64,000 bases of DNA, from NCBI GenBank assembly GCA_013265495.1, contig MU058636.1:2666001-2730000 (forward strand), in the 5' to 3' direction. The stretch comes from Vicugna vicugna (taxonomy: Eukaryota). Shown here in pieces: positions 51,881 through 63,200 of this stretch. How positions within the stretch are numbered: the first letter of the stretch is position 1; every line of letters begins with the position of its first letter. The notes under the pieces are model-generated. The model was not told the DNA's origin, did no database searches, and saw only the letters and a list, made by a program, of their open reading frames with translations. The position numbers and the translations under genes were made by a program.

Positions 51881-54102
51881 AAATCCTTTAAAATTTTTAA
51901 TCAACCAGGTGAAGCTGGCTGTGTGTCACTCATCTTTTGACGTAGGCTCTCCATCCCCGGGAGATGAGCCTGGTCCTCACGGACCGTCCTGGGCGTGGCC
52001 TGACATGTGGGCGAGCAGGAGAGTACGTGACAGGACACTACCGCAGGGACTTAACCGCAGACTTACTTGACGAAATCGACAGCACAGGGAAGGATACAGG
52101 TTTTAGTGAGAACCAGCCCTCTGCTGCTGACAGCCAGGTGGTGATTCGTCCTAGGCAGAGTTACGCTTGATATATTCAGCAAGATGGCAGGAGCCTTTTC
52201 AGCCGAAAGCCACAGAGGACTCCACAACCAACCGTGTTTCTCCGCGTTTGCTTCTTGGAGTCTTAGCACTGGGGCCTGAGGGTTGATCTGTGCTGCGACT
52301 AACTGTGCAGCCAACCAGGAGTCCCACACAAGGGCTGGTTTCATCAGGTGGTTTGGTAGTTTGGTGTGTTAATACCAAAAGCTGATGTTCTCAGGGGGGC
52401 CTCTGTCCTGGCTCAGAACATCACTTTGGTGGCCCCAGGAGTAGAAATGAAGACTGAGTGTACTGGAGTTCAATAGAACACTGGACTTTTGAGTGTGTGA
52501 GTAAAAGCAATTAATAGTAACACCAGTATCAAAGTAAACACCAAAAATAGAATTTCACCAAATTACATTGTCTGTTTCCCATTGAGTATAATTGCTAACC
52601 TAAAAATAATAGTGATGGTAATAGTAATAATAATAATAACAGAAGATAAATCTGCAGCCCAGAGTACACAACCATGTGAGCACTTACTAATGTCCGCAAG
52701 TGCAGAGGGGACTGTTTCTGCCCTAGGTTGCAGTTAGCTGTAATTCGCTGAGCTGGAAGTATGTTTTATTTAGTTAGTTAGTTTTAGATTTCTAAAAGAA
52801 ATGCCTGCTATTGTAATGGTGCCAGGCACTGGGTACCTCAACACATTAATTAAAACGCTGGAATGTTTTATAAAATCACCAGCCACAACAGTAAAAAATC
52901 ATGAAAGAAATCTACCTTGGGTGTTAGGCTATGTCTTACAATGTAATGCAGGCAGTAAAATCTCTCACATTTTGTTGGTAGTTATTTTTCTTTTGTTTTC
53001 AGTGTTGAGAGTGTTGGGATTAAGGACACACTAAGATTGATTTGCCTGCAACGTGCAAGTGAATTTTCTGGAATATTTACTCCACTGTCATGAAGACAGT
53101 TCTAAAGAAACAGTAATTTCACAGTCTGCTATTTCATTAAGCCACACTAGTTTAAGATGTCATACGTGAGGTTGCATGCTAATCTCTGATAATTTCTTAA
53201 AAGGAGGAAGATTTGATTAAAATTAGCATGGTTACCATTAAATCAATAATCAGATGCAGTTAGATCAATTAACCATCTTTTTTCCCCCCCAAAAATGAGG
53301 CCAGTTGTGTGTTCCAAGCCCATTACTCTACTGCATCTCGATGTATCAGGCACTGAAGAGGCCACCACTTTCTGATATATTTTGCACGTTACTCCCTGAT
53401 ATTTTGGAGGCAAAAGTGGAGAAAGAAGAACAGCTGAAACATTAAAGTTTATTCGTGAGCGTGTGGGCAGTGTCCCTGTCATGTCCTCTGGGATGTGATC
53501 TACTTAAGCCACGGAAGGAATGTGCCTTGGGAATGGAAATCCATCTGTGGTCCACCGCAGAGGCTCTCAGCGGGGCAGGTCGGCCTGAGCCTCAGGCTAG
53601 AAGGACAGCAGATCCCAGGAAGACTCTCGCTCATCCGAGGGTCCGTGACCGCGATGCAGTGCTGGTCTCTGAGCTCTTTCCTGGGGCCCGGCCTTTCCTC
53701 CTTCTTGCTTCAGCCTAGTAATCACCTCCCCTTAAAGCCTCCTCAACCCTGGGCAGAGTTTCTGGTTCTTTCCTCTGTGTCCCCTCTCACTCCCCGACAC
53801 ACACCTGTAACGTTTACCCGGTAGGAGCCAGACCTAAGAGGCTCTGGGCCGTCGTGAGGGATGGGCACCTTCTTCCTGCAATGGGGCATACGGAGGGGTC
53901 CGTGCAGCTCCCAGGCTCTTTTGTGTTTGTAAAGATCACTCTGCTGCTGTGCAGCAAAGATGCTAGAAGCAGGGCTCCCATAAGAAGGTGAGGGGTTATG
54001 GTGGCTGGGACTGGACCTTGAGCCATGGAGGTGGCGTGAGTGGCCACATGACGGGGTACATTTGGGAGGACATTGATGCTGTAGGAATTTAAAGCCAGAA
54101 GT

Positions 54103-54297
54103 ATATTCAGTATCTTGTAGTAGCTTATGGTGAAAAAGAATATGAAAATGAATATGTGTATATTCATGTATGACTGAAGAATTATGCTGTACACCAGAAA
54201 TTAACACAACATTGTAAACTGACTGTATCTCAATTTAAAAAAAAAGATTAAATAGGAAGATGTAGCAAAAAATAATAATAATAATAATAATAAAATG
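54103..54297 (+). mobile_element. Short young L1 3' end with double tail and TSD
   Basis: atattcagtatcttgtagtagcttatggtgaaaaagaatatg...tgctgtacaccagaaatt...tcaatttaaaaaaaaa; TSD aag(c/t)cagaagt at 54092-54102 and 54298-54308. Confidence 0.88.
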
Positions 54298-54639
54298 AAG
54301 TCAGAAGTCCCTGCAGCAGAGGCTATCAGAGGTGTGGCTTGAATGTGACATTGAATAAAGGTCGCAGGAAGGGAGGGAAGGGCGTGTGAGCATCATCCCT
54401 GAGGCCCAATTAAAACTTTCCTCTGTTTTAACTCTGACTTTGACCTGGATTGATTGATTGATTGATTTCCCATTAGACACTTTCAAAGAGTAATCCTCTC
54501 GAAGCAGGAAAAAAAAAAACTGCTCCAGTCTCTCTAAGCAGACCTAGAAGTGGAGGATGCTGGAAGGCGCTGGGCAGTTTTGTCTGCTGCTTTTTCCCAG
54601 TGTGGACTCCTGCCCTTCGAGCCACATAAATAGAACATG

Positions 54640-55180
54640 TGAAGTCGCTGTTTCGGGGGGCGGGGTGCAATACCTAACGTGACCGATGAAGGGTGACTCC
54701 CTCCCAGCCCCTGGGGGAGGTCCCTCTGTAAGAAGGCGCGGGCGGCCCGCGTGGGCTGCCGGTGTTTTCACAGCGACCCTTCTTTCGTTCCAGGACACCC
54801 CAAGCAGAGGACGGCGGCCCCCCGCAACGGCTTCCCCCCGAAGCCGGACCCGCAGGCGCGCGAGGCCGAGCGGCAGCTGGCGCAGCGGCTGCGGGAGCGC
54901 TGCGAGCGGCAGGCGCGGCAGCTGGGCCTGGCGCGGGCCGAGCTGCGGCGGGCGGCGCGCGGCTTCGAGGCGCTGGCCGTGGCCACCCAGCTCTTCTCCG
55001 GGAAGGTGAGGCCGCGGCGGGGAGCGCGGACCGGGCGGGGCCGCGGAGGGGCTGCCCGCGCGTGTGTGCGTCCTGGCGTGGGGCTGGGGCTGGAGAACCG
55101 GTTGGATTCTCGGGTCGGACGGCACCTCCGAGCGCACCGTGTGGCGACTCGGGAGCCCGGGGTAGACGTGCGCGTGACAG
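54640..55180. promoter_or_regulatory. Intragenic CpG island over the third MTUS2 exon
   Basis: Very high GC and dense CpG (gcgcgggcggcccgcg, gcgcgcgaggccgagcgg, gccgcggcggggagcgcgg) against a CpG-depleted background; GC-box ggggcgggg near 54657. Weaker CpG enrichment continues to about 55690. Confidence 0.8.
54794..55005 (+). CDS. MTUS2: MTUS2 internal coding exon (212 bp, phase 1-0), start of coiled-coil region: (G)[70 protein letters not shown]
   Basis: Acceptor ccttctttcgttccag| (AG 54792-54793); donor aag|gtgagg at 55006. Matches recalled MTUS2 [28 protein letters not shown]...GFDALAVATQHFFRK; the GF(D/E)ALAV motif is typical of the MTUS1/MTUS2 family. Confidence 0.95.
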
Positions 55181-56136
55181 ACGTTGGTCTGGGAAGAATG
55201 ATTCAGAACCTTGATCCTAAAAGGGAACACGATGTAAAAAAGACAGGAAAAGGTAGAAATGAACGTTCTGCAGGGGAGGTCTTGGAAGCGAGTGGAGCAT
55301 GTGACTGCTTGCTGCGTTTTAGACCTCAGATGGCCAGGTTCTGAAATTTCTGCCCTTTCAGCCCTAAGGGAGACAGGGCCGCAGTGCTGGTCCACTTTGG
55401 CTGCTGATGGGTCGTAGAAGGTGCCAGGCCTGGGTGACCGCAGGGCCACCCTCAGCCCCAGGGGGCAGCACGTGGGGTCTGGGCGCCTGGGCTTCCTCGG
55501 TCTTCTGAAAACGCGGCGAGTCTTGGCATCCTCTCAGCCTGAGTGCCAGAGGCTCCTGACGCCGGATCTGTCACTGTCTGTGGTGGAGCTCAGCCTGCCC
55601 GCCTCTCGCCGCGGGAGGGAGGCTGGTGGAGCCCTGGCGCCTGACTTTGTGCGTTTGCGCTCCACCGCGAGGTCATCGGGTGTGTCCAGCGGAGAACAAG
55701 AACACTTACCTTTGAGGCTTAAATATTATGAATGAGCATATTAATAACCCGTAAGGCATTTCGAGTTTCATGCATCTGGTATCTGTAAATGGGAGGAAGT
55801 GAAATGCTATATAAATGCTCCCCAACTAAGGAGATTAACTACATTTCTGGCTAAAGAAGAAAGTCAGAGGATGTCCGCTGCAGCATGTCCACTCATTTTC
55901 TTTATCATCTGAACCTTAAAGTGTGGAGGACCCTCTGCCTTTTATGTTACCCTACAGACTCCCCCGCCCCCAGAATAGAGGCCTGAGCTGTCTGGTTCTG
56001 TTGCTGTTCCCTTTTTTGCTTAAAGCTTTTAGCCCAAAGAGCTAATTACCAAATTATTGTTGTGGTGAAAAACAAGACAAATAGATTTCAGATTCTACCA
56101 ATAGTTTCAGCCTCTTCCCTAATCAAAATGTTAATC

Positions 56137-57052
56137 AGCAGAAGACCTAAACAGACATTTCTCCAAAGAAGACATTCAGATGGCCAACAGGCACAACAGC
56201 ACCAATTATTAGAGAAATGCAGATCAAAACTACATTGAGGCATCACCTCACACCAGTCAAAATGGCCATCATCAAAAAGTCTACAAACAATAAATGCTAG
56301 AGAGGGTGTGGAGAAAAGGGAGCCCTCCTACACTGTTGGTAGGAATGTAAATTGGTACAGTCACTATGGAAAACAGTATGGAGTCCTCAAAAAACTAAAA
56401 ATAGAGTTATCATATGATCCAGCAATCTCTTTCCTGGGCATATTTGCAGAAAAGGCAAAAGCTCTAATTTGAAAAGATAGCATGCACCCCAGTGTTCACA
56501 GCAGCACTGTTTACAGTAGCCAAGACATGGAAGCAACCTAAATGTCTATTGATAGTTAAATGGATAAAGAGAATGTGGTATATATATAAAATGGAGTACC
56601 ACTCAACCATGAAAAAGAATGAAATAATGCCATTTGCAGCAACATGGATGGACATTCTAAGTGAAGTAAGTCAGACAGAAAGATAAATATCATTTGATAT
56701 CACTTATATGTGGAATCTAAAAACTATAATACAATATTATTTACAAAACAGAAACAGACTCACAAACAGAAAAACCTATGATTACTAAGAGAGAAAGGGG
56801 AAATAGGGATAAATTAGAGATTTGGAATTAACAGATACACACTACTGTACCTAAAATAGATAAACAACAAGGACCTACTGTAGAGCACAGGGAACTATAG
56901 TCAGTATCTTGTAATGACCTCTAAAGGGAAAGAGTGAAAAAGAATATATATATGTGTGTAACGGAATCACTTTGCTGTACACCTGGAACACTGTCAATCA
57001 ACTACACTTCAGTTAAAAAATAAATAAATAAGTTCAAGTTATAACCAAAAAA
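56137..57052 (+). mobile_element. Young 5'-truncated L1 (ORF2 C-terminus plus 3' UTR)
   Basis: gcagaagacctaaacagacatttctccaaagaagacattcagatggcc; peptide [18 protein letters not shown]...[14 protein letters not shown]; probable TSD aaaatgt(t/c)aa at 56125-56134 and 57053-57062. Confidence 0.93.
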
Positions 57053-58369
57053 AAAATGTCAACACTAGTAATAAATGACCAGTTTGGATTTTACATCTTC
57101 CTTTCTGGTCTAGTACCAGAGGAACCATTGGTGTCAACCTTGAACAAGTGAGGTGGCTGTGTTCCCACCCTGGTAAGAATTAAAATTACAAACACATTTT
57201 TGAGGTGCCCAAGGGGCTGGACTTGCCATGGTAAATACTGAACATTTTTCTTATTATAGAAAGAGTGGCATTTTATTTGTTCTTTAGTTGGATGTATATT
57301 TTCCACTGACTGTCGAGTCTTTAATAAAGAGAGGAAAGCAGGGTTGTTGATTGCAGTTTGATGAGAACATTTACATTGTTACTCTGCCCGCTCTGGGGTT
57401 ACCCCTTCCACACATCATCCACAGTGTCGTAACAAATCCTTGATAAAGATGTCACGTGGGTAGATACATCAGCAGACATCGACTTAACATATTGGTAACG
57501 TGCACTGTGTTTGCAAGTGGGGACTTTCGAACCCCTTTTATGGCATCGTGGCAGAGAAGAGAGTTCTTGAATTGAAGGTGCGGGTAGGTTCCCTGTAGTG
57601 ATGTATTTCTGTGCCCCAGGAAAATTCCTGTTGACCCGTGGACAAGTTTTACTTCTCTGCAGTATACACATGGCTCTTAAATCAGAGGCCTAAAAGGGCC
57701 AGCCGGTGATTTGCAGGCACCTCCATCAGAGCTCCCTACTGACTGGAGCTGCTCTAGGCATGACATTTCAGCAAGGTGGGTGGTGGGCATGAGTTTCATT
57801 GTCTTTTCGGTAAATCACAACCGGGCAGTCCTCCCAAATGACCATGGCATTTCACCTCCCGCACACAGTGTTGATTCCTCTGTCCTTCTGATCTCAACTT
57901 TCTCTCTACACAAACCCCAGAAGAAAAATTTGACTTTTCTTTAAGTCTGTAATTGAACATAAGTGCTTCCACTCAGGCTGGCATGTGGTTTAAGATGATT
58001 GATTTGAGAGTTTGCCGGTGATATCGAACCAGAGCAGGAGGTGTGACATGAGTAGAACACCAGGGGAAACAGAAGCCAAGCAGCCTGGGAACTTCCGATG
58101 GTGGAGCCCCCAGTACAAGGCCTCGTGATCGGAGATGCTCCACGTCACTCTTGTGGGAAGCCCGTGCATTCTTACTATATGTGAGAAATGGTCACAGCCA
58201 AGCCTGCTGGCTGTGCAGAGCATGCCCTCCGTAGCCAGCCTGAAAAGGCAGAATCTCTGCTCTTCTGCTTAGAAGACCCTGCTGGAACTCTACAGATTAT
58301 CTTTTCTCTGCTGTAGCATGTTCATCTGCAAAGCAGGGGGGCATGGTGGAGAGAGAGTGCCATGCCAGC

Positions 58370-58630
58370 CAGGAGTCAGTCCACCTCCGCCTCCGTCTCG
58401 CATGAGACTCTGAGTAAGTTACTGCCCCCCTTTGAGCCTCATCAGCATTACCAGTGGGGCAGTACCCTTGCCCCGCTCCGCCTCCTGCTGCTGAGTCACC
58501 TCTGACCAGTTGTCTTTGAGTCTCAGTTGCCTCAATTTCAAATAGGATTGGTAATAACGCTCCACAGAGTTATCGTGAGGATGCAGTGAATGCATGGGCA
58601 AAGGTACTCTGAATAAACATTCAATAAAAC
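58370..58630 (+). mobile_element. MIR
   Basis: tctttgagtctcagttgcctcaatttcaaatagg...taataacgctccacagagttatcgtgaggat...cattcaataaa. Confidence 0.65.
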
Positions 58631-60636
58631 ATTCTTTTTGAGTACAAGGAAATCTGGCAGATGTTCTACTTTCAAGCGGAGTGGATAAGACATATAAGAG
58701 GAATGTAAAGCTAAAACACAGCACAGACTCCTCTTATTTCATTATATATAAAGGATTTGGTTTGAGGTGTACTTTAAGAATAGAAGTAATTTTCTAGTCC
58801 AGCTGTTCAGCTGCTGCTGAATATTTTTTTCCAGAAGGTGCCGATGCCATTAAGCATGGGAAGGCACTAGAAAAAGGAATTAAGAGCCTAGATAAGAATC
58901 TTCCATTTCTGCCCAGGCTTCACAGCTCCTGGCATAGTGGCTGTGAAAGTCGTCAGCTGTGGTACAGCCTGAGCCCAGCGTCCGGGGATGCTAAGATGCC
59001 ACATTTAGGTGCCAACACCAGCCTCACGCTTGTGCTGGTTCCCAGCGAGGCATGGTCCTCACCACAGGCCCGACAGCTTTGCTGAAATCCGTGAGCCCAG
59101 ACCTCCAGGTGGTGTAGTAATAAGTGTGACTCTCGGGGACTCGCACTTCTCAGGGTCAAGTTGAATGATTCTGCTCTTTGCTGCCTTGTTCCCCTGGAAC
59201 TGCTGCTCTTCAGCAGCCCCTGGTGGTCAGTCCAGGAAACGATCGAGAAGATGGGCCAGTTCTAAGCAGTGTGCCTCGCCCTGTAGCATCCAGTCTTACA
59301 CAAGTGACATCAGAGGATGTATTTATTTTCATTTTATTTTTAATCAGATTTATTATATGTATTCAATATTTTTTCCTATTGATTTGTTTCATTTTATCAC
59401 TGACTTTACGTGTGTGATAGATGATGGTTTTTAACTGTTTTTTGTTTATTATTAAATAGTTTAGAAAAACAAGGCATGAAAATTAATGTCAAGCATTTGT
59501 GGACTTTCTAAGCTTAATAGAAATTAATAATGCATCAGCCTCCTTCTCCTCAAAGCGTGTATATATATGAATATGTATTTTTACTGTGTGACCATTTATC
59601 ACAAAAAATGTTTAATGCAGAAGTACAGAAAAAATAATATCCAAATACTCATCACTTATATTTAATACTTGCTAACACTCTTCCATATTTATGTTTTTGT
59701 TGTTAGTTTGGGGTACACATTTTTAAATATAATTCATATATTTAGCTTCAACTTTTCATCTTCAATTTGCCAAAGACAACATATTAGAAAGGGGTGGAGC
59801 CACAATACAAATGCAGGTCAGCCTGTATCCAACCCGTGTTTTCCCACAATATTTTGGTGCTTCCTCTCCCTCTCCCCCAGCCTTCAATGTTTCGATGTAG
59901 TTAAGGGGGAAAAAACTGTAATTGGGAAAAACTAAATGTGAAACAATAGTCTAAAAGTTGAACACGTGCACAGAAGGCTAACAGAAAATGATCTAAGGGA
60001 CTGTTCAGCTGGAAGCCATACAAAAGGGGTGTGCACAGGGCAAAGCCCATTTCTGTGAACAGGAAGAGAAGGGGGTGGCCGGAGCAGGACACTCGGAGGA
60101 GTGGAGATGGGGACCTGGACAGGATTTGGGTGAGTAAAGAGGAAGGGAAGAAACAGTGTGTGTGGGAAGGGGATGTGCACAGCCTGTTGTCTGCAGAGGG
60201 GTGTCCCCTCCCTAACTTTACGCTCTTGGTAAATCAGTTAATGATTTATGGGTGGAGATCGAGGGACTCAACTGTTCCTGGAAGTGCGATGGTTCCTCTA
60301 TAATAGACGGTGGCTCCTCTTGGTGGAGGTGGCCCAGATTCATCTTCCCTGCTCCGTAGCCCTTGTCTGGGTCCTTCTGTTCAGCAGGCTGTGTCTTAAA
60401 GGGGAGGAGAGAAGAGACAGAAGTAGAAGCCTTTTGGAAAATAAATGCTTGCTTGCCTCAGCCGTTTAATCCACTCCGATTCTAAACGCAGAGAGCATCA
60501 GGAGGAAAGCCTGCCCTGGGGCTCCAAGAGCAGGAGAGAAGCCGTTGTGTCCAGCAGCCGGGGGCAGAGACGTTGCAGAGACGTCCCACTGGGGGGCGCT
60601 TCAGGGCAGTAATGACACCTGATCAACTGAAAGCAG

Positions 60637-60773
60637 GTGGAGGGTATAGCTCAGTAGTACAGTGTGTGCCTAGCATGCACGAGGTCCTGGGTTCCGTCTC
60701 CAGTACCTTCTCTAAAAAGAGATAAGTAAATAAACCTAATTACCTACCCCCCCCAAAAAATTTTAAAAAACAG
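60637..60773 (+). mobile_element. tRNA-Ala-derived camelid SINE (Vic-1 type) with TSD
   Basis: gtggagggtatagctcagtagtacagtgtgtgcctagcatgcacgaggtcctgggttccgtctccagtacc (A and B boxes), tail taaataaacctaattacctaccccccccaaaaaa; TSD aactgaaa(g/a)cag at 60625-60636 and 60774-60785. Confidence 0.88.
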
Positions 60774-61463
60774 AACTGAAAACAGTAAACTCTCTGTTGC
60801 TCCCTAAGTTCTCAAAATGTCCATTTAAATATAGTGCTTTGTGCACCCCCCTCCTCCTTTATAAACAATGCCCTGTGATTATCTTGTCTTCCCTAAATTT
60901 TACCTGAAATAACTAAAGCCTTAGAGAAAATGTGTGCACCCAGGTTGGCATTTCGGACAGTTCTTCAGCGTGTAACCTGGTGGGGAGTTGGTGCGGTAGT
61001 AACCCAACCGTTCCAATGATGGTTGTTCTAAAAGAACAGCATGTGTCACAAAGTCAGTGTGACCACAGTGCCTTTTGGAAGAACCGTGAGTGCTTGCTTT
61101 TACTCTTGGGAGTTTAGCTTAAGGAAATGTTTAGCCTAAACCCCAAAGATCAAAATATTCCCAATATCAGGGGATAGAACCACCACCATCACCACCCCAG
61201 CTGTGCCAAACAGCTCTTCGAAATAATAATATCTTTTGGCCTGGGGGCCAATAATGAAAAACATCATGGTAGGTAGAAAAAAAAACTTAAAATTGCAGAG
61301 TCTTAGCTTTTATGGAAGATCTCCAAGACTGGGGCCTCATAAGACCCAATTTCATTGATGATAATATAAATTTCATAATAAGGTAATTAAGAATAGATAC
61401 TTGGCTAAGGTAGAATCTAACTGCCCCTGCTCAGTTCATCTCTCTTACACTTTATCATAAACG

Positions 61464-61532
61464 ATTTTTCTTTCTTTCTTTTCTTCCTTCCTTTCTTCCT
61501 TTCTTCCTTTCTTTCTTTTTCTGTCTTTTTTT
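61464..61532. repeat. (CTTT/CCTT)n simple repeat
   Basis: tttttctttctttcttttcttccttcctttcttcctttcttcctttctttctttttc. Confidence 0.85.
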
Positions 61533-62619
61533 GATTAAACAGTGCCCCCTTTGAATACAGATAGATGTGTGGGAGAAGAGAGAAGAGTTTCACCCGCTCC
61601 TTTTGAAAAGCGTTCTCAGTTGGCCAAAAGTGGTCTGCACTGAAAGTGCATGCCTTTGAAAGATTCTCAGATGCAGAACTGGATGTTTTCGCCCAGGCCA
61701 GGGAGACAGCAGAGCACAGTGGGCGTAGCACGTCGAGGCCACGCCCCCAGCCCACCTGGACCCGTTTCCTCTGACAGATACCCGATCTCTACTTAAATGA
61801 CGCTCGAGATTTATTTTAAAATAAATCAGATGCTATAAACTCCCCTCCAAGTAAGAACAAGCGGAAGGAATGATAACTTTAAAAAATAATTACTCCCTGA
61901 AGAGATAGGAGATATGGTTGCCTCAAAAACGTCTTTGAGATGATGAGTTTGTTAACTTACCAGACCTCAAGTTTTCTATAAAATGAGGTAACAAAAGGTC
62001 CAACTTCAGGGACAAGACTAAATTGAAGGGATGCTCATGCTCTGGGACCTGGAATTTAATTCAGTCCGTCTAACTCTGTGAGGCAGTTCTGTAATTTAAA
62101 CACCAAGAAATGCTCAGTTCAGAGTGAGCCTGTTCCTGGGTGTAGCCCACCTTAAGTGAGCCTGCTTTGTGATGATCACCATTCAGAAAGTGGAAGTTGG
62201 AGTTTTCTCTTTGGGAAAATCGCTTTTAAGTAGCAGACTCATTTGGGACAATTAAGACAGGAATGAATTTCTAAGGACATTGCTATCTCCTGTAACTTCT
62301 CAGGGACACACAAAGAGAGCGGGAGAGCGAGTATGAGTTGGATGTGTAATGAGATCGAGCCCTCTCCTTGCCCCCTTTTGGCATCTGTTTCTGGAAGGTG
62401 CAGGTGACGTGGTGGCGTGTTCTGTGTTTTCTGTGTGGGGCGAGGACTGGGAATGAGGTTCCTTTGTGAAAGGACCCTCGTTGCCAGAGGAAGATGCATG
62501 GAGAACCTCCTCTTTAAAACACATACACACTTTGGATTATCTCTGATTCCAAAGACACATCACTGTGCACCTTAGCCGTTGTTAAACAGAAGATTTTAAA
62601 ACTCAGTCTCAGGCTGTGA

Positions 62620-63200
62620 CTTCCGGTTCCAGAGGAGAGATACTTGTTCAGATCACTGGAGGATGGAGTGGGTGTGAGGAGCGCTGATGTGACTCTGAGG
62701 AATCCCGCAAGGAGTGATTCCTCTAGTCAGGGCCACGGGTGCCCTTAAGAGAGGACTGATGCTTGTGGACTGGCCTCCGAGAGTAAACAGGTTTCAGTCG
62801 GCAGAAGTGAGGGGTCCAGCCTGGCAGGCTGCACAGCCCTGGGACAGGGCAGGCTGGTGCTGCAGGTGAAGTGTCTGAGTTGCCTGAATCTTGGAGGGTG
62901 GGGCTGTCGGTAACCAGAAATGAGGCGGATGGGTTTGGGGACTCGAATAGCCGAGTAGAGAGGGGTCTCAACGCGAGGCGGTCAGGAGGCACTGAGAGTT
63001 CTGGACGGAGCCCCAAGCGTTTAAAGCTGCGCTGTAGGAATATTAATATCGTAGCAGGTTATGGAACGGGTGGTAGAATGAAAACTCCAGGCAGAGAACA
63101 CGATCAGGAGGCTCTGCTGTCAGTAACGATAATCCAGGCAAGAGGTGAGGGGGTGGGAAGGAGGGTCTGATGGAAAGGAGAGGGCAGATGCAGGGCCCCG
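62620..63200 (-). mobile_element. L2 fragments
   Basis: gttcagatcactggaggatggag; atcaggaggctctgctgtcagtaacgataatccaggcaagaggtgagggg, degenerate L2. Confidence 0.45.

Noticed and set aside
54764..54773. Alternative acceptor ttttcacag 20 nt upstream of the third exon
   Set aside because: Its use would shift the frame; the downstream AG at 54792-54793 gives the MTUS2-like peptide.
54544..55449. 301-aa minus-strand ORF, the longest in the track, and overlapping ORFs
   Set aside because: Antisense shadow of the GC-saturated MTUS2 exon and CpG island, where stop codons are rare. The product is Pro/Arg/Gly-rich with no recognisable domain.
59251..59290. atgggccag... considered as first exon of the short MTUS2 isoform
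   Set aside because: The frame hits a stop at once (atg ggc cag ttc taa) and does not match the short-isoform N-terminus I recall; that exon is probably downstream of the window.
60637..60710. tRNA-Ala-like sequence
   Set aside because: Degenerate stems, a SINE-specific tail and a TSD show it is a SINE head, not a tRNA gene.
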